Shown here: piece after piece, positions 49,396-58,815 of the stretch
Position numbering within the stretch: the stretch's first letter is position 1
How the letters are laid out: each line of letters begins with the position of its first letter
Origin: Flavisolibacter sp.
Lineage (GTDB): Bacteria; Bacteroidota; Bacteroidia; Chitinophagales; Chitinophagaceae
DNA length: 64,000 nucleotides
Reading direction: 5' to 3'
Assembly: GCA_028288675.1 (NCBI GenBank)
Contig: JAQBNG010000127.1
Location: 21,654 to 85,653, forward strand
Translations under genes and position numbers: made by a program
The notes under the pieces: generated by a model
The model's input: the letters and a program-made list of their open reading frames with translations, nothing else
What the model was told of the DNA's origin: nothing
Database searches by the model: none

Positions 49396-49444
49396 CTAAA
49401 AGCAGTAAGCCATCTTAAATAAGATGGCTTACTGCTTTTAGTTA
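49393..49444. terminator. 24-bp perfect hairpin, probably bidirectional terminator
   Basis: TAACTAAAAGCAGTAAGCCATCTT-AAAT-AAGATGGCTTACTGCTTTTAGTTA between convergent genes. Confidence 0.85.
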
Positions 49445-49450
49445 ACTTTA

Positions 49451-50056
49451 TTATTTCGCCTTCCCAAAATGTTCACTCACTTTATTCCAGTTGATCACAT
49501 TCCAGATAGCTTCCAAATAAGCAGGACGTTTGTTTTGGTACTTTAAGTAGTACGCATGTTCCCAAACATCAATGCCTAAGATAGGTTGCCCTTTTACTTC
49601 GGCTACTTCCATCAATGGGTTATCCTGGTTAGGTGTAGAAGTTACTTCAAGCTTGCCGTCTTTTACAATCAGCCATGCCCAACCACTGCCAAAGCGGGTT
49701 GTACCAGCAGCATTCATTTTTTCTTTCAATCCATCTAAGGTGCCAAAGGTGCTGTTTATAGCATCCGCTAATGCTCCTGCCGGCTGACTATTACTTGCAG
49801 GACCTAAAATTTCCCAAAAGAAAGAATGGTTCCAATGGCCGCCACCATTGTTCCGGACAGCAGGTGATATTGAACCAGCATTCTTTACCAGTTCTTCTAA
49901 GCTTTTATTTTCATGTTCGGTTCCGGCAATGGCTTTATTTAAATTATCTACATAAGCCTGGTGGTGTTTGCCATGATGTATCTGCATCGTTTGTGCGTCA
50001 ATGTGGGGTTCTAATGCTTCGGGTGCATACGGTAATGCGGGGAGTGTGAATGCCAT
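49451..50056 (-). CDS. sodA: Superoxide dismutase, Mn-type signature
   Basis: [37 protein letters not shown]. Confidence 0.95.
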   Translation of the reverse strand: MAFTLPALPYAPEALEPHIDAQTMQIHHGKHHQAYVDNLNKAIAGTEHENKSLEELVKNAGSISPAVRNNGGGHWNHSFFWEILGPASNSQPAGALADAINSTFGTLDGLKEKMNAAGTTRFGSGWAWLIVKDGKLEVTSTPNQDNPLMEVAEVKGQPILGIDVWEHAYYLKYQNKRPAYLEAIWNVINWNKVSEHFGKAK

Positions 50057-50142
50057 AACTGTTGTTGATTTTTAGGTTGAGAATTTATTTTCACTGCATC
50101 AAAACTCTGGAAGTAGCGAAAATTGATTGCCATTTAAGACAA

Positions 50143-50150
50143 CAAATTTA
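50143..50150 (-). promoter_or_regulatory. -7 promoter box for sodA
   Basis: TAAATTTG on the minus strand, about 87 nt upstream of the ATG. Confidence 0.5.
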
Positions 50151-50383
50151 CTGGCTATGTTTCGTAATTACCCACAACAAAATATCTTTCCACATCTCGT
50201 CAATAGCAGGCAAACTATTTTAAAACATATATGCAGCATCAAATGGTTTTTCCAAGTCTTTAAATAATTGTTAATTAATTTAAAAGTTAGTAGTCTTGCA
50301 ATCGTTCTTAAAATTTCCCTCCCCAGAAAACTACAGCCTTAGCCAGTATTCCTGTGATTTAATTTTCCAACTTTTTTAAAAAC

Positions 50384-53300
50384 ATGCACATGAGAAAAAC
50401 AGTTCTACTTATTACTGTGATGCTATGCTCAGTAATGGCGTTTAGCCAGCAAGCCATCAGGGGAAGGGTAACCGACGATGCTAACAAGCCGGTACCTTAT
50501 GCCAGTATCAAAATCAAAGGATCAGACGTTGGCACAGCAGCCGATGCCAATGGAAATTTTAGCATTAGTGCTAGAAGTGGCGCCGTTTTGGTTATTTCAG
50601 CAGTGAATTTTACTGAAAAGGAAGTTACGGTTGGTACTTCTTCAAATGTTGATGTGTCTTTAGCTTCTACCGCCGGAACTATTGATGAAGTAGTAGTAAC
50701 AGCGCAAGGAATCAGGCGAAAGGCAAAAGAATTAGGTTATTCCGTAGGCAGGGTTAGCAATGCTGAAATAACCAATGGGCGTTCACCACAATTAGCCCAA
50801 AGCCTTTCAGGTAAAGTATCGGGGTTAGCCGTTTTTAATGTAAATAATTCTGTTGACCCTTCTACGAAAATTACATTAAGAGGTTACCGTTCACTTACCG
50901 GAAGCAATGATGCCCTGATAGTAGTGGATGGGTTACAGCAGCCTCCTGGATCTTCTACCTTGCTTAATCTTTTAAACCCAAATGACATTGAAAGTATATC
51001 CATATTGAAAGGCGGGCAAGCCGCTACTTTGTATGGGTCGGATGGTGTGAACGGGGCAGTTGTTATTACAACTAAAAAAGGTAGTCCAGGTCAAACACGT
51101 ATTTCTTTTAATCATTCTACTAACATAGAAAAGCTAAACCAGCTTGCACAGTTCCAGGATAAGTTCGGGAGCGGTTCGCACTATGCTACCAGTTTTGGCG
51201 GCGCAGGTTATAAAACAAATTACTTGGAGCGAATGAAAGATAACTGGCGCTCTTACGAGAACCAACAATTTGGCGATGCTTATGATGGTTCATTACGACC
51301 TGTAGGCCGTACATTAGAAGATGGCAGTGTGAACACATTACCTTATTCAGCTATTCCGGGTGAAAGGGACAGGATATGGAACACTGGCTTTACAACCAAT
51401 AACCAGGTATCAGTAAGCGGCGGTGCCGGCCAGAATACTTTTTTCCTTTCTGCGGAAAACAATATCACACATGGTATCGTACCTGCTGATAAAAGCGATA
51501 GAACCGGTCTCCGCTTTGCTGCCACCACAGAGGCCGGACGTTTCCGCGCTGGTTTTAATGCGGCGTATGTTCAGGCAAATTTCGACCGCACCACGTTCGA
51601 CTTTTATAACGAGACCATCAACCAGGCTGCTCATATTCCCTTGTCGCAATACAGAGACTGGCGTAATAATAAGTTCGCCCACCCGAATGCTTTCTATAAC
51701 GACTATTTTACCAACCCTTTTTTCCGGTTGGATAACGACCGCCAGGTATATACCGATAATAACATCAGCGGTAATCTTGAATTAAATCTTAAGCTGACCT
51801 CATGGCTTAATATCTACGACAGGATAGGCGCTATGAGCAATACCCGCCAGCGTACCAATACTGTTGCGCAATTCTTCCACAGCGATTGGGCTAAATCAAA
51901 AGCAGTAGTACCAGCTCCTTTTGATAAGGGTGATGGAAGTGGAATTACAAGGGCTTTGACTGATTTACAAGGTAGTGTGCTTGATCGGACCACTGTAGAA
52001 AACCTGATCAGCAATGATCTGCATGCCCAGTTTAATAAAGATTTTGGTGTATTCAGTACCAGGGGTTTAATAGGGTTTAGCCTTTACGACCGCAAAAGCA
52101 GGTTTGTAGAAGCGAGTTCCAGCTCTATTGTAGTGCCTGATGTTTATAACGTAAGCAACCGTCGTGGCGAATTAGGCGGTGGAGAAGAAAATGTGGGAAA
52201 TCGTAAATACGGATATTATGCAGATGCCACTACCGGCTGGAATGATAAAATCTTTCTGCATGCTTCTATACGTTACGATGGAACATCAAGGTTTTATAAA
52301 TCCAACCGTGATAAAAGCCTATACACGTACACATATTATGGAGTCGATGTTTCTGCTATACTGACAGACTTATTGCCTTCCTTAAAAAATAATGTTTTAA
52401 CCTATGCCAAATTAAGGGCTGGCTGGAATAAAAACGGCAATGATAATATCGGGGCCGGTGTAGATTATGGTTTAGACCTTTCCTTTCCAAATGCAGGCGG
52501 GTTCCCTTATGGCAATAACGTAGGTATTACAGTTGGCGATGTATTACCTGATGTTAACTTAAAGCCTGAGTTTGTAAAATCATGGGAAGTAGGCGGTGAG
52601 TTTCAATTTTTGAAAAACCGCATAAGTCTTGATGCTACCTATTACAGCCAAAGAAGTGAAGGATCGGTAATTACAGTTAAAATTCCTAACTCTACTGGTT
52701 TTTCAAGCCTTCGTGTGAATGTAGGCAATACAAAAAACTGGGGTTATGAATTAGATTTAAGAACACAAATTATTCGTAACCGCAATTTCAATTGGGATGT
52801 AAGTGTACGCTATTCCATGAATGATAATAAAGTACTAACTCTTTACCAGGGTGTGCCTGAATTTTCTTATGGCGCATTTACTTATGCAGCTCCTTATGCT
52901 ATCGTGAATCAGTCATTTCCGGCATTAAAAGCTATCTCTTACTTCCGTGACACTGCTACTGGAAGAGTGTTGGTTAGTCCTACTACAGGTTATCCACTTA
53001 TCAATGGGCCTCTGAAAAATTTTGGAAGAACAACACCTAAGCATATGTTAGGTGCCGGCACTAGACTAAATTATAAAGCCCTTACACTAAATACCAATTG
53101 GGAGTACCGGGGCGGCAATGTAATTTATAGTGATCTGGGGCGCCAAATGACCTTTACCGGCTCTGGTAAATGGACCGAAGACCGTGCGCCGCATATCTTC
53201 CCTAATTCTGCTTACCGTGATCCTGCCACAGGCAAGGTGGTGACAAATACAACAGTTAACACCCGTGAATCCGAATATGCTTTGTGGGTTGACTCTTATC

Positions 53301-53584
53301 GTTTGATTGCTGAAAACTTTGTTGTACCAGGATGGTTTATTAAACTTAGAGATATCAACTTGTCTTACGATATCCCTCAAAGTTTTGTAGCAAAGTCACG
53401 TGTCTTCTCTACCGCTACCATTTCTCTTTATGGTCGTAACCTTATAACTATTGTAGATGAAGCCAATGATTTTACCGATCCTGAGTTCAGCTTTACCAGT
53501 GGTAATGGAATAGGTGTTAGCACAACAGCACAATCACCACCCGTTAAGCAGTATGGTGTTACACTGAACATTAATTTCAAATAA
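50384..53584 (+). CDS. susC: SusC/RagA family TonB-dependent transporter (pair 1)
   Basis: DEVVVTAQG, LSGKVSG, NPNDIESISILKG..AATLYG...NGAVVITTK, C-terminal Phe. Confidence 0.95.
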   Translation: MHMRKTVLLITVMLCSVMAFSQQAIRGRVTDDANKPVPYASIKIKGSDVGTAADANGNFSISARSGAVLVISAVNFTEKEVTVGTSSNVDVSLASTAGTIDEVVVTAQGIRRKAKELGYSVGRVSNAEITNGRSPQLAQSLSGKVSGLAVFNVNNSVDPSTKITLRGYRSLTGSNDALIVVDGLQQPPGSSTLLNLLNPNDIESISILKGGQAATLYGSDGVNGAVVITTKKGSPGQTRISFNHSTNIEKLNQLAQFQDKFGSGSHYATSFGGAGYKTNYLERMKDNWRSYENQQFGDAYDGSLRPVGRTLEDGSVNTLPYSAIPGERDRIWNTGFTTNNQVSVSGGAGQNTFFLSAENNITHGIVPADKSDRTGLRFAATTEAGRFRAGFNAAYVQANFDRTTFDFYNETINQAAHIPLSQYRDWRNNKFAHPNAFYNDYFTNPFFRLDNDRQVYTDNNISGNLELNLKLTSWLNIYDRIGAMSNTRQRTNTVAQFFHSDWAKSKAVVPAPFDKGDGSGITRALTDLQGSVLDRTTVENLISNDLHAQFNKDFGVFSTRGLIGFSLYDRKSRFVEASSSSIVVPDVYNVSNRRGELGGGEENVGNRKYGYYADATTGWNDKIFLHASIRYDGTSRFYKSNRDKSLYTYTYYGVDVSAILTDLLPSLKNNVLTYAKLRAGWNKNGNDNIGAGVDYGLDLSFPNAGGFPYGNNVGITVGDVLPDVNLKPEFVKSWEVGGEFQFLKNRISLDATYYSQRSEGSVITVKIPNSTGFSSLRVNVGNTKNWGYELDLRTQIIRNRNFNWDVSVRYSMNDNKVLTLYQGVPEFSYGAFTYAAPYAIVNQSFPALKAISYFRDTATGRVLVSPTTGYPLINGPLKNFGRTTPKHMLGAGTRLNYKALTLNTNWEYRGGNVIYSDLGRQMTFTGSGKWTEDRAPHIFPNSAYRDPATGKVVTNTTVNTRESEYALWVDSYRLIAENFVVPGWFIKLRDINLSYDIPQSFVAKSRVFSTATISLYGRNLITIVDEANDFTDPEFSFTSGNGIGVSTTAQSPPVKQYGVTLNINFK

Positions 53585-53605
53585 ATAACCTTAGAAAAAA
53601 ATAGT

Positions 53606-55114
53606 ATGAAATTTAAAATAATTATTTGCGCCGCATTTTTTGCACTTGCTTTTGCCGGGTGTAAAAAATCATGGCTTGACGTAAATACCAACCCCAATCA
53701 ACTACCTACTTCTACTCCTGACTTTGTGTTTACTTCGGGTGTAGCAAGAACTGTGGCCTATCTTACTCCTAACGAGACAGGCTCCTATTGGTCCGGGCAG
53801 TGGACGCAATCCAACACTTACATTATTGATCCCGCCCGCTTTCAATACCAGTTTAATAATACCAACTTCAATTTCTGGGATACGTGGTATGACATCATTG
53901 AAGACTTTCAATTTGTAATAAACAACGCATCTGACAAAGGGCAACCTTTTTTTAAAGGCCCTGCCCGTATAATGAAAACCTATATAATGCAGCAGGTAGT
54001 AGATGCTTATGGTGATGCACCTTATACCGACGCTTTTAAAGGGGTGGCTGCTATTGCACCAAAATTTGATGATCAAAAGGCTATTTATGAAGATTTAATA
54101 AAAGTTCTCGACACAGCTATTACGGATCTTAGAGCCAACCAGGCAACTAACGCACAAAAACCTGCAGATATAGTATTTGCGGGAAGTACAAGCAACTGGA
54201 TACGTTTCGCCAATAGCTTAAAAATGCGTATCCTGATTCGTCAAAGCCGCGTAGCAGGTCGCAGTGCTTACATAACCACTGAGATTAATAAAGCCGCTGC
54301 CACTACAGAAGGCTTTCTTACTGTAGGGCTGGATGTAACTGCCAATCCGGGTTACGTAGCGTCTGCCGGCAAGCTTAATCCATTTTATGAAAATTGGGGC
54401 TATAATGCCGCCGGGGGCGCACAAGCTTTAGCTCGTTTTCCAAGGCCCACCACTTATTTATTCAGCACTCTTATTGCAACCAATGATACCTTTCGTCTGA
54501 AACGCCTGGCTTATCCAAAAGGAGGTGAAGGCGTAAACCCGGAAATTATCAGCAATTATGTAGGTGTTCCTTTTGGGGCTTCTTCTGGTTATTTGTCGCA
54601 GGGCACATCTTATCTTGGCCCATCGGTTATTAAAAAAGGCGAATTTGGAAGGCCTATGTATATTATGTTAGCAGCTGAAAGCTTTTTGCTGCTTGCTGAA
54701 GCAAAGCAATTGTATGGAGCTGCAGTAAACTTGCCGCTAACAGCACAGGCATATTATGAAACAGGTGTACAGGAATCTTTTCGTACCACAGGCGCCACTG
54801 CAGCTTATGGTGCCGACAAAGCAACTACCTTACTCGCCAGCGGAAAAGATTTAGCCGATTGGACTGCTTCGCCTGATAAATTAAAAGCAATATGGATGCA
54901 GAAATGGATTGCCCTAACCAACTTTAGCGGCATGGAAGCGTGGAGCGAATTTCGCAGAACCAATTTCCCTCCAACACCAATATCGGCATCGGCAACAGCC
55001 GGGTCTAAATTACCGTTGCGATTATTTTACCCAAGCACAGAAGAAGGGTCAAATCCGAATGTACCAAAGGGAGTAGATGTGTTTACTACAAGAATTTTCT
55101 GGGATGTAGATTAG
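53606..55114 (+). CDS. susD: SusD/RagB family lipoprotein (pair 1)
   Basis: Lipobox FAGC, NTNPNQ, YGDAPY, QKWIA, WSEFRRT, PLRLFYP, IFWDVD. Confidence 0.9.
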   Translation: MKFKIIICAAFFALAFAGCKKSWLDVNTNPNQLPTSTPDFVFTSGVARTVAYLTPNETGSYWSGQWTQSNTYIIDPARFQYQFNNTNFNFWDTWYDIIEDFQFVINNASDKGQPFFKGPARIMKTYIMQQVVDAYGDAPYTDAFKGVAAIAPKFDDQKAIYEDLIKVLDTAITDLRANQATNAQKPADIVFAGSTSNWIRFANSLKMRILIRQSRVAGRSAYITTEINKAAATTEGFLTVGLDVTANPGYVASAGKLNPFYENWGYNAAGGAQALARFPRPTTYLFSTLIATNDTFRLKRLAYPKGGEGVNPEIISNYVGVPFGASSGYLSQGTSYLGPSVIKKGEFGRPMYIMLAAESFLLLAEAKQLYGAAVNLPLTAQAYYETGVQESFRTTGATAAYGADKATTLLASGKDLADWTASPDKLKAIWMQKWIALTNFSGMEAWSEFRRTNFPPTPISASATAGSKLPLRLFYPSTEEGSNPNVPKGVDVFTTRIFWDVD

Positions 55115-55136
55115 TGCAGCAACTGATAATTTTCTT

Positions 55137-55190
55137 TAGACTATAATTTAAAGAGCCGCTCAAATGAGCGGCTCTTTAAATTATAGTCTA
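55137..55190. terminator. 25-bp perfect hairpin after susD
   Basis: TAGACTATAATTTAAAGAGCCGCTC-AAAT-GAGCGGCTCTTTAAATTATAGTCTA. Confidence 0.75.
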
Positions 55191-55661
55191 TGTGCTGTCA
55201 ACTGTTTACTATAAACATCTCAGCCCTGTCTCTTGCTTCTTAACCCTTCATCACAGTTACTGCCTACTGTCCTACTGATCCATCTACGGTGTTTTTATTG
55301 TTTAAAATGGTAATGCACTTCTTCTATTATTTTCTATCTAAGAAGAGCGAATGCCATAATAATATTTGTTCTTGGTTTACAATTGAAGATTTGTTTTAAT
55401 AGTAAACAAACATAAAGAACCTTCTTACACTTTATAGGCAAAAGCACTTACTTCAGTTACAGAAAGCAAAACCTTTCATGCAGCACTTGTTCAATGTTTT
55501 ATCTCTAATTAAAAGAAGAAAATCTTTTTGCGGGTATAGCTTCATATAGTGTTTTATATGTATTTTTTGGGTTGATTTCAAGATATCGATTTTCACTAAT
55601 CTGCTCCCCGCCGAAAACTACTGTCACTTTAATAACCATTTTTAAAATAAATATTCGCATT

Positions 55662-58600
55662 ATGAGAAAATCACTGCTTCTTGCGTGGATCGTTCTGCTT
55701 CTTTCTGCGCCGTTCTTTGCCTTTAGTCAAACCCGGCAAATTACCGGTAGTGTTACTGACGAAAATGGAGTTCCTCTATCAGCTGTTTCTGTTGTTCAAA
55801 AAGGCACAACAAATGGTACGGTAACCGGTGAAAGCGGAACCTTTGTTATTTCTGTTACCGGTTCAAATCCTGTTCTTCTTTTTTCTTACTCAGGCAGACA
55901 AACAAGGGAACTTGCGATTGCCACTGCTACTACTTATAATATTAGTTTGAGCGCCGCCGGAGATTTATCGGAAGTAGTAGTAACAGCGTTTGGTATTTCC
56001 CGGGAAAAGAAGGCACTGGGGTATGCAACACAGGAAGTGAAAGCCATTGAGTTGAACCGTAACCATCAACCAAATATTGTTAATGCGCTACAAGGTAAAG
56101 TTGCAGGTGTAACTATTTCCAGTGTTGGCGGCGGACCTGGTCAGGGTGCCTCTATTCGTATAAGGGGAATTAATTCAATTGATGTAAACCAATCTAACGA
56201 ACCGCTTTTTGTTATTGACGGAATTATTTTAGATAATTCTACTTCTACTTTAGGTTCAGGTTCAGGTTTTAATGTAAGGTCGGTTGGTAACAGGGCATCG
56301 GATATTAATCCCGAAGACATTGAAACCATCAACGTTTTAAAAGGGGGTGCTGCTACGGCATTATACGGTTTACGAGGTGCTAACGGCGTTGTTGTTATTA
56401 CCACTAAAAAAGGAAGAGGTACTGGCGTTCGGGTGAACTTTAGCTCTACCTACGGATTTGAGAATATCAATAAAACTCCTGACATTCAACAAACTTATAC
56501 GGCAGGCATACTGGGTGTTTATACACCAATTGGCTTAGGCCCTGCATGGGGGCCCACCATTGCAGAAGTGAAAGCAGGTACTGGTCCTGGTAATGTTGCG
56601 GCTGATCCTACCCACCAGGATTTTATTTACGACAATTACAAGCAGGCCTATCGCACAGGCAAACAAATGCGCAACTCCATCAACATGTCTGGCGGCTCAG
56701 AAGCAATCAGGTTTTATTCTTCCCTTTCTTATTTTGACCAGGAAGGAATTTTACCCTTCACGGATTATAAAAATATTTCGGGTCGGCTGAATACGGATAT
56801 CACTATCAGCTCAAAGCTTAAATCTTCCATCAATATGAGTTATACTAATTCGGGTGGTTACCGGTATGATGCCGACCGTTTTGGAGAAAGCCTTGCTTAT
56901 TTTTCCGGCAGATGGAATGTTAAGGATTACCTGAACCCCGATGGTACGCAATTATGGAGGGGCACTAATAACCCTATTTATGGTGCATTTACAAATAAAC
57001 TAAAAGACAATGTGAATCGTTTTGTGGGTGGTATTTCATTAGGCTATACACCTTTCTCCTGGCTTAGTTTAAGCTACCGTGTTGGTGGTGATATTTATAC
57101 TGATAACCGGTACCGTACTGCTCCTGGACTGAGAGGAATTACCAACGAAAGATCATACGATAATGCCGAAGGTTTTGTTGGCGAATACAACACAAATTTC
57201 AGAGCTGTCAACGCAACTTTCATTGCTACACTTACTAAAAATCTGACAAAGGATATTACATCAACCCTGCGCCTTGGGCATGAACTGCTTGACAGGAAAA
57301 TTACATCAAGAGGTGTGCTTGGGTCAAAGCTCAATGTGTATGATTGGTTTAATTTAAGAAATGCTGCGGTGCTGGAAGCTAGTGATAATACAAGCGAATA
57401 CAGGCTTATGGGTTTTTTTGGCGAAGCCACATTTGATTATAAGGCCTTTTTGTTTTTATCGCTTACCGGAAGAAATGATGTGACCTCCACCTTGAATAAG
57501 CCAAATAACTCTTTCTTTTATCCATCAGCCAGTCTTAGCTATTTGTTTTCAGAACAGCTAAGACTTCCGAATGTGATCAGCAATGCCAAAGCCCGGATTT
57601 CTTATGCAAAAATTGGTAAAGATGCATTGCCTTACAGCACTGCTACCGGCTATGCTGCGTATGCGGGTTTGCCGGCCGGTGTGACCGGTTTTACAAGAGG
57701 TTCTAATTTAGGCGACCCTGCCTTACGGCCTGAGTTCACTAATACAATTGAAGGTGGATTAGAGATAGGATTTTTCAAAAACCGGCTAAGCCTTGATGCG
57801 ACTTATTATCACTCTGTCAGCAAAGACCAGATCATCCTGGCAAACGTTTCTTCGGCCACAGGTTACGTACGTGCCGCTATTAATTCAGGCAGCATGCGTA
57901 ATAAGGGAATTGAATTAATACTGCGGGGAACGCCGGTAAAAACAGCAAATTTTAGCTGGGATGCCAGTCTGAATTTCTCTGCCAATAAAAATAAAGTACT
58001 AAGTATTAAAGAAGGCCTTACAGAAATACCATACGGTGGTACAAGCGGTGGTTATTTAAACTCACCGGTAACTATGAAGCTGATACCCGGAGAAGCTTAT
58101 GGAAATATTTATGGAACGCACTATGTACGCTATTACGGTAGCGCTAAAGAAGATCCTGTGAGAACGGATAAATCAAGGCCGATGGTTATTGGCGCCAATG
58201 GATTTCCACTGTTAGCTCCTGTTTCGAGTCAAAAGCTTTTAGGTAATTCGCAACCCGACTGGATTGGTGGCTTAAGTAACAGCTTCACCTATAAAAATTT
58301 AACGCTTTCAACGCTTATAGACGCACGTTGGGGCATGGAACGTTTTAACCGGCTTGAGAATTTCTTTGCCGCATTTGGTATAGCCGACTATACGGCTGAC
58401 CGCAGGGAATTTAAAGTATTTCCTGGAGTGCTGGCCGATGGTACCCCAAATACAAAACAAGTTTGGTTAGGGCAGGGAACCGGCCCCGATGGCATTGCTT
58501 ATGGCGAAGGATATTACCGCACTAATTACCGTGCTATCTCCGAGCCTTTTGTTAACGACGCTTCATGGATACGCTTACGTTCGGCAAGCATTGCTTACTC

Positions 58601-58805
58601 TTTACCTGCTAAATGGTTGCCAAAAAATTTCATTCGTACGGCGTCATTCTCCGTTACGGGTAATAACTTATGGCTTCATACCAACTATTACGGGCTAGAT
58701 CCTGAATCACTTTCCGCTGATAGCGGCAGTAATGTAGACGGCGCTTCAGGATTTACATATCCTGCCGCCAGGGCTTTTTTATTCACCCTTAATGTTGGCT
58801 TCTAA
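55662..58805 (+). CDS. susC: SusC/RagA family TonB-dependent transporter (pair 2)
   Basis: SEVVVTAFG, LQGKVAG, DINPEDIETINVLKGGAATALYG...ANGVVVITTK. ATG 55662 preferred. Confidence 0.95.
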   Translation: MRKSLLLAWIVLLLSAPFFAFSQTRQITGSVTDENGVPLSAVSVVQKGTTNGTVTGESGTFVISVTGSNPVLLFSYSGRQTRELAIATATTYNISLSAAGDLSEVVVTAFGISREKKALGYATQEVKAIELNRNHQPNIVNALQGKVAGVTISSVGGGPGQGASIRIRGINSIDVNQSNEPLFVIDGIILDNSTSTLGSGSGFNVRSVGNRASDINPEDIETINVLKGGAATALYGLRGANGVVVITTKKGRGTGVRVNFSSTYGFENINKTPDIQQTYTAGILGVYTPIGLGPAWGPTIAEVKAGTGPGNVAADPTHQDFIYDNYKQAYRTGKQMRNSINMSGGSEAIRFYSSLSYFDQEGILPFTDYKNISGRLNTDITISSKLKSSINMSYTNSGGYRYDADRFGESLAYFSGRWNVKDYLNPDGTQLWRGTNNPIYGAFTNKLKDNVNRFVGGISLGYTPFSWLSLSYRVGGDIYTDNRYRTAPGLRGITNERSYDNAEGFVGEYNTNFRAVNATFIATLTKNLTKDITSTLRLGHELLDRKITSRGVLGSKLNVYDWFNLRNAAVLEASDNTSEYRLMGFFGEATFDYKAFLFLSLTGRNDVTSTLNKPNNSFFYPSASLSYLFSEQLRLPNVISNAKARISYAKIGKDALPYSTATGYAAYAGLPAGVTGFTRGSNLGDPALRPEFTNTIEGGLEIGFFKNRLSLDATYYHSVSKDQIILANVSSATGYVRAAINSGSMRNKGIELILRGTPVKTANFSWDASLNFSANKNKVLSIKEGLTEIPYGGTSGGYLNSPVTMKLIPGEAYGNIYGTHYVRYYGSAKEDPVRTDKSRPMVIGANGFPLLAPVSSQKLLGNSQPDWIGGLSNSFTYKNLTLSTLIDARWGMERFNRLENFFAAFGIADYTADRREFKVFPGVLADGTPNTKQVWLGQGTGPDGIAYGEGYYRTNYRAISEPFVNDASWIRLRSASIAYSLPAKWLPKNFIRTASFSVTGNNLWLHTNYYGLDPESLSADSGSNVDGASGFTYPAARAFLFTLNVGF

Positions 58806-58815
58806 AATTATAATC

